In this document: positions 27,890 to 32,000 of the stretch, piece by piece
How positions within the stretch are numbered: position 1 is the first letter of the stretch
Layout of the letters: the number at the start of each line of letters is the position of its first letter
Source of the DNA: Saprospiraceae bacterium
Lineage (GTDB): Bacteria > Bacteroidota > Bacteroidia > Chitinophagales > Saprospiraceae
Direction of reading: 5' to 3'
NCBI GenBank assembly: GCA_021604865.1
Contig: BQJU01000008.1
Coordinates: 73,446 to 105,445, forward strand
Length of the DNA stretch: 32,000 nucleotides
The notes under the pieces: generated by a model
What the model saw: only the letters and a program-made list of their open reading frames with translations
What the model was told of the DNA's origin: nothing
The model's database searches: none
Translations under genes and position numbers: made by a program

Positions 27890-30535
27890 TTAAAATCCAT
27901 ACCTCAACCCAAGGCCGGCATATCCCAATAGATAACCAGGTCCAGGCATGGTATAAATGCCGGCATCAAGGCTAAATTCAAGCTGTGGAGTAAGCTGGTA
28001 TAACAATCCCGGTCGGATACCTAACGCTACGGTCAGATCCTGTGTATCTGGTTTGAATAAACCGACCCCAGCCGCGATTCGTGGATAAAAACCGGCCGAC
28101 CCAGGAATGCGCTGCCTGAGGGTATATTCCGCAAACAAAGCACCTCCCCAAAAGTCGATATTGTTGTTCATCCGGTAATTGCCACCAATTAATTCCAGTG
28201 CCCAATTATTGTCAAAAGCATAGGCCAGGTCTACTTCAATGTAGATGCCATTATCGGAGGAACTTAGGGGCGTGGAGCTGTTAAGGGATTGTACGTAGCC
28301 GGAGTGAGCGCTTAGGCCGAAATTTTTATCAGCACCATCTAATGGTTTTTCATACACGGGAATATCCCGATCGCCAACGTAAATGGAAATTTGTGGATCT
28401 GCATTTGGGGCCGCCGAAAACGTGGCTTCATAAGTACCATCTAATTTGTCTTCCAAAGTAATGAATCTCTGGTCTACTAAAAACTTTATCCGGTGAGCCT
28501 GGGCAGGTCCTAAGTTTTTACCAAATTTGTTGGTTGGCTTAAAGGTATATATATATTGTTTTGACTCATTTTGCCCGTCACTCAAATTTGCTACAGTCAG
28601 GTTCAAATCTATTTCTTCAGGTCGTGAAAAATCAACGTAAAACCATCTGTTATCCAGATGCTGAATTGCTCCATAACCAGGAAGATTGCCCCTATATTTC
28701 ACCACCAATTGATAGGTGCCGGTATTAATGTTTTCATTTCCACTAAAACTTCCAGTAAATGCTCCATTTGCATTTCGTGTTAATGCAACAATCCTTTCTT
28801 CATGCGCCAATTGGGAAAGAAAATCAGGGTCTTCCAAAAGCGCATCTATAGTTGCCTGAGCGATCAATGAACTTCTTGATTGTCCTTCAATGAGGGTGTC
28901 TTCTCTAATAATCACATCACCATCAAAGGTAGTCCTGGAGGCAAGGTCTCCTAAATCTTCTCCCGGTTTCAACAAAAAGGCAACAACGGTGAGGCTATCA
29001 ATAGCTTGATTGACAATGGTTGGAGTTGCCGTTACATTAATTTTATCCCCGGCATATAAAGACGAGGTATTTTCAACCTCCAGAGCCGTTTTAAAATACC
29101 GGTCTTCCACCATTGCTGCGATATCGTAAGTCGTCCCTGAATATCCTGAAAACCGGACTTCCCACTCGCCTCCCCCATCGGGAAATGCCGTATCACCTCC
29201 AACGGGAAATTCAATAAAATATCGCGCTACGGAACCTGTGATAATGGGTTGAAAAGGGGTTAATACACCGTCTTTGTATAATTGGAGCGAATTGGTTTGA
29301 ATCCTTCGAAGAATTGCAACATTACTAACATCATCAAATACCTGAGGCCCACTGGTGTCTTTAATTCGGATTGATAAGTTAGTAACTAAACTATCAATAA
29401 AAAACTTTTCCCGTATTACGGTTAGGGTATCGTTACTATTGGTAATCATCCCATTTCTATAGTCAATAATTCTTGGAGAACAGCCCCTGAATCCGGCAGG
29501 GATAGTACTATAGAAAAATTGATCCAGGTTAGCCGTGCCATAATCAAAAGCATAAGAATCGTTTGGATGAGCAAGGTCTTCCAATAAAGGCTGATCTCCG
29601 CCACCAACACCAATGGTGTAAATAAGCACATCCGTTGCATCTAAGTCCGTCCCTGTATCCGTACACTCCCGGTCTCCCTTGCTATTAATTTGTGTATTAC
29701 AAATTCTATTTACCGTTTCAACAAATCTAGGGTCGATATTTTGATATCCATCGGTAAAAACAATCATAATGCGCCTGACTCCTGCACCTGTAGTAAAGCC
29801 ATTAATCGCCCGATTTATTCCCGCTCCCATCGGGGTGCCTCCTCCTGGTATAACCTCATCAGCTGCGCCTTCCCCGAAAATACTCTCAGCTATATCTGCT
29901 TCATCTTGCCAATCCACATCGCTGAAAGGCTCGTTATATTTAGTTGTGGCGGTCGTGCCTTGAAAGTAGATGACTTCAAGGTTATTGGTAGTTGTTACCC
30001 TATCGTTTAAAGATGGCAAATAGGTTTTTATGGCTTCCTTCAATTCTGTCCATCTGGTGCCGGACATACTCCCTGAGGCATCCAGAACAAGTGCTATTTC
30101 TGTATTACTTTCGCAAGGGGCCGGGATGTCATTCCAAACTACTAAAGTATAATCCTTACTAAAATTGTGAACAGTAGCATCTGGTTCTGTTATCTCTGCT
30201 GTTACTCTTATCCGATAAGGTGTGGTGGTATTAGCAGTGTTCTCAATTGGTTGATTAATTATTCCCCCTTCTGCATTTGCATTTGTAAAATCGATACCTA
30301 ACCCACTTATTGGGGGAGCACCGGAAATAGTAGCGTAAAGCCACCTTGTAGTACCTGTAGGGGCGCCTTGAATGGTAAAAGTAACAGCGTAGTTTTCATT
30401 CCTATCACCATCTGGTAATATTGGACTTATGGGGAATATTTTTTGTGCATTAAGGCTGCAAACCCCCAAAGCAACCAAAATGCTAATCGTGAAAAGTTTT
30501 CTAAGATAAGATTGGCTAAAAAGTTGAATTTTCAT
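27890..30535 (-). CDS. von Willebrand factor A (vWA) domain protein with Ig-like N-terminal region and a C-terminal 8-strand outer-membrane beta-barrel-like domain
   Basis: 881 aa. The signal is ...ISILVALGVCSLNAQ. The MIDAS motif set is complete: ALVLDASGSMSG (DxSxS), GGGTPMGAG (T) and IVFTDGYQN (D). The last ~135 aa show eight amphipathic strands (NFGLSAHSGYVQSL, GIYIEVDLAYAF, NWALELIGGNYRM, DFWGGALFAEYTL, FYPRIAAGVGLFKP, LTVALGIRPGLLYQL, LEFSLDAGIYTMP, YLLGYAGLGLRYGF). The protein ends in an OMP-type beta-signal with terminal Phe. Confidence 0.75.
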   Translation of the reverse strand: MKIQLFSQSYLRKLFTISILVALGVCSLNAQKIFPISPILPDGDRNENYAVTFTIQGAPTGTTRWLYATISGAPPISGLGIDFTNANAEGGIINQPIENTANTTTPYRIRVTAEITEPDATVHNFSKDYTLVVWNDIPAPCESNTEIALVLDASGSMSGTRWTELKEAIKTYLPSLNDRVTTTNNLEVIYFQGTTATTKYNEPFSDVDWQDEADIAESIFGEGAADEVIPGGGTPMGAGINRAINGFTTGAGVRRIMIVFTDGYQNIDPRFVETVNRICNTQINSKGDRECTDTGTDLDATDVLIYTIGVGGGDQPLLEDLAHPNDSYAFDYGTANLDQFFYSTIPAGFRGCSPRIIDYRNGMITNSNDTLTVIREKFFIDSLVTNLSIRIKDTSGPQVFDDVSNVAILRRIQTNSLQLYKDGVLTPFQPIITGSVARYFIEFPVGGDTAFPDGGGEWEVRFSGYSGTTYDIAAMVEDRYFKTALEVENTSSLYAGDKINVTATPTIVNQAIDSLTVVAFLLKPGEDLGDLASRTTFDGDVIIREDTLIEGQSRSSLIAQATIDALLEDPDFLSQLAHEERIVALTRNANGAFTGSFSGNENINTGTYQLVVKYRGNLPGYGAIQHLDNRWFYVDFSRPEEIDLNLTVANLSDGQNESKQYIYTFKPTNKFGKNLGPAQAHRIKFLVDQRFITLEDKLDGTYEATFSAAPNADPQISIYVGDRDIPVYEKPLDGADKNFGLSAHSGYVQSLNSSTPLSSSDNGIYIEVDLAYAFDNNWALELIGGNYRMNNNIDFWGGALFAEYTLRQRIPGSAGFYPRIAAGVGLFKPDTQDLTVALGIRPGLLYQLTPQLEFSLDAGIYTMPGPGYLLGYAGLGLRYGF

Positions 30536-30570
30536 TTTGTTTATTGTTAAAGTTAGTGAGGTGGTTTAAT

Positions 30571-32000
30571 TTAATTAGATACTTCACCCATTTTATTGGT
30601 TCTGATAATTAGATTGACACCTTCATTTTCTCCTTCAAATTCGCCACCCAAAACAAATCCATTTTCCTGCGTTTGAGCAATGCTGAAAATTCGGCCGGAG
30701 TTTTGCATTGGGTACTTTTTATTAATCCCATTGATAATGCCAGTCAAAATATTTAAAGTAAATAGAATCGGTGTGTCTTTATTTTCTATTTTAGCATAAC
30801 CAGCAATAGCCAGCTTGTTATCCCTGGTCAAAATGGCTTTTTCGAGATGGCTATCCCCAAATGTTTTATTCCAGGTCAGCGTTCCTTTTCCTATTACGAC
30901 GCCGGTTGAACCCTGTCTACCTAAAATAACATAGTCATCATCATTTATTTTTACCAATTCATTTGGTATGAAGTTCACCCCTAAATAATCTACTGAACCA
31001 ATAACATCAAAATCATTATTCATTTTAAAAAAACACCCCTCAAACTCCCCTGATGCAGGATTTAACGCATGTCCGATAACAGCATACCCACCAGAAATTG
31101 AAATAATACCGAAAGCCTGATTAAACGGGCTGTTATCTAACCTGACGATAGAAGATTGTTTTACAAAGTTTTCGTTCAGTTTAAAAAACAGCATCCCTGT
31201 TGGTTGAACAGGCGAAATACTCTCTTTAGCACCACACATCAAATAGCCATTGTCGGGTGTTCCCGTAATACCGAATCCCTTTTCAGTGCCATCTTGATTA
31301 TGGGCATAAACTTTTTCATGAGTCGTCAGATAATCCTCGTCAAAAGCAGCTAAATATGCATTCTGATTACCATCGTTTGTATTTGTTCCCAAACCGACTA
31401 CAATGTGCCTATTATTTACTTTATAACAACCAAAGGCGTTCCTGGGACTCCAAAATTCGGGCAAGGTATTTACGACCATTCTGGATTCAGGTAACAAGGT
31501 GCCATCTCTTAAAATATTTTCCGTATAAGTTCTGGATTCTGTAGTACCGATGATGGTAAAACTCCCATCAGCATTTTCATCAATACTCAAAACCTTACCG
31601 GGGTCTGCACCGGATGAACTGCCATCTGTGATGAAAATAACCGGCTCTACAAATATCTGCACGGTATCATGTACCGTATCAGCGAGATTAAATGCGGTCA
31701 ACACCACCTGAAAGGTATCCGGACGGATGTTAAAAGTCTTAGTCACCGTTTGTTCTCCCTGATGATCACTAGGGTCTGGGTCTCCCAGAAAAGTCCAGAA
31801 CCAGGAGTCTGCGTTTTCCGATAAATTGGTAAACGTAATTTCACAATCTCCAACTATACATTGCTGAGTACTTACACCAATTACGGCGATTGGACCATCA
31901 ACCCCAATTCGGAAAGGTTTGGTTTTGCTTACATCACAACCCTCAAAATCAAAAACGATTCTTAAGTCTGCGGCATAGTCTAAGCCAGGTTCAGGAAATT
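30571..32000 (-). CDS. PKD-domain protein with C-terminal 7-repeat propeller-like region (5' end lies beyond the right edge of the window)
   Basis: The track starts this ORF at a GTG (31746). My manual translation shows the same frame stays open to position 32000. The upstream extension reads ...CEITFTNLSENADSWFWTFLGDPDPSDHQGEQTVTKTFNIRPDTFQVVLTAFNLADTVHDTVQIFV, which is PKD-like. The C-terminal ~340 aa contain seven spaced repeats of a G-aromatic-hydrophobic-hydrophobic-x-G core: DGSFTIIGTT, NRHIVVGLGT, DNGYLMCGAK, SGGYAVIGHA, DDDYVILGRQ, DNKLAIAGYA, ENGFVLGGEF. It lies 35 nt upstream of the vWA gene. Confidence 0.7.
   Translation of the reverse strand, partial: FPEPGLDYAADLRIVFDFEGCDVSKTKPFRIGVDGPIAVIGVSTQQCIVGDCEITFTNLSENADSWFWTFLGDPDPSDHQGEQTVTKTFNIRPDTFQVVLTAFNLADTVHDTVQIFVEPVIFITDGSSSGADPGKVLSIDENADGSFTIIGTTESRTYTENILRDGTLLPESRMVVNTLPEFWSPRNAFGCYKVNNRHIVVGLGTNTNDGNQNAYLAAFDEDYLTTHEKVYAHNQDGTEKGFGITGTPDNGYLMCGAKESISPVQPTGMLFFKLNENFVKQSSIVRLDNSPFNQAFGIISISGGYAVIGHALNPASGEFEGCFFKMNNDFDVIGSVDYLGVNFIPNELVKINDDDYVILGRQGSTGVVIGKGTLTWNKTFGDSHLEKAILTRDNKLAIAGYAKIENKDTPILFTLNILTGIINGINKKYPMQNSGRIFSIAQTQENGFVLGGEFEGENEGVNLIIRTNKMGEVSN

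Noticed and set aside
27694-27931. Two overlapping 65-68 aa ORFs on opposite strands (27694..27900 minus, 27734..27931 plus), both with Arg-rich translations.
   Set aside because: Both span the GC-rich palindrome, and their mirror-image open frames are a by-product of it. The low-complexity RRRR/PGR content also argues against real genes. One of them overlaps the vWA stop region.

Overview
This window reads as a Bacteroidota chromosomal segment: it has a SusC/SusD pair, a T9SS C-terminal sorting domain and many lipoprotein signal peptides. It is coding-dense, and all but one gene is on the minus strand. No rRNA, tRNA, CRISPR array, transposase or integrase was seen. All calls come from reading the supplied translations and from manual translation; no database search or computed statistic was run.

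Positions ~1-21357 look like one long polysaccharide/glycopeptide utilization locus. In transcription order it holds SusC, SusD, a CRTAC1/ASPIC-UnbV double FG-GAP propeller lipoprotein, a YgjK-like GH63 alpha-glucosidase, a three-domain fusion (APH-type kinase, M23 peptidase, AGXT2L-type class III aminotransferase/phospho-lyase), a secreted LacZ-type GH2 beta-galactosidase, an inserted PIN toxin-antitoxin pair whose toxin is frameshifted, a DUF4838/discoidin lipoprotein, and a 7TMR-DISM histidine kinase that runs off the left edge.

Divergent from susC is a 1330-aa BNR/Asp-box + LamG + T9SS-CTD protein. The right third holds a TPR-TM-LuxR one-component regulator, a vWA protein with its own C-terminal 8-strand beta-barrel, and a PKD + 7-repeat propeller-like protein that runs off the right edge.

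The main hypothesis is an inference, not a demonstration. The GH63, GH2 and kinase/phospho-lyase combination matches step by step what would be needed to dismantle collagen-type Glc-alpha1,2-Gal-beta-O-hydroxylysine glycopeptides.

Several structured non-coding elements are also reported: a 7-bp tandem array between susC and susD, a terminator-like switch hairpin, a duplicated 44-bp element, and a 129-bp GC-rich nested palindrome.
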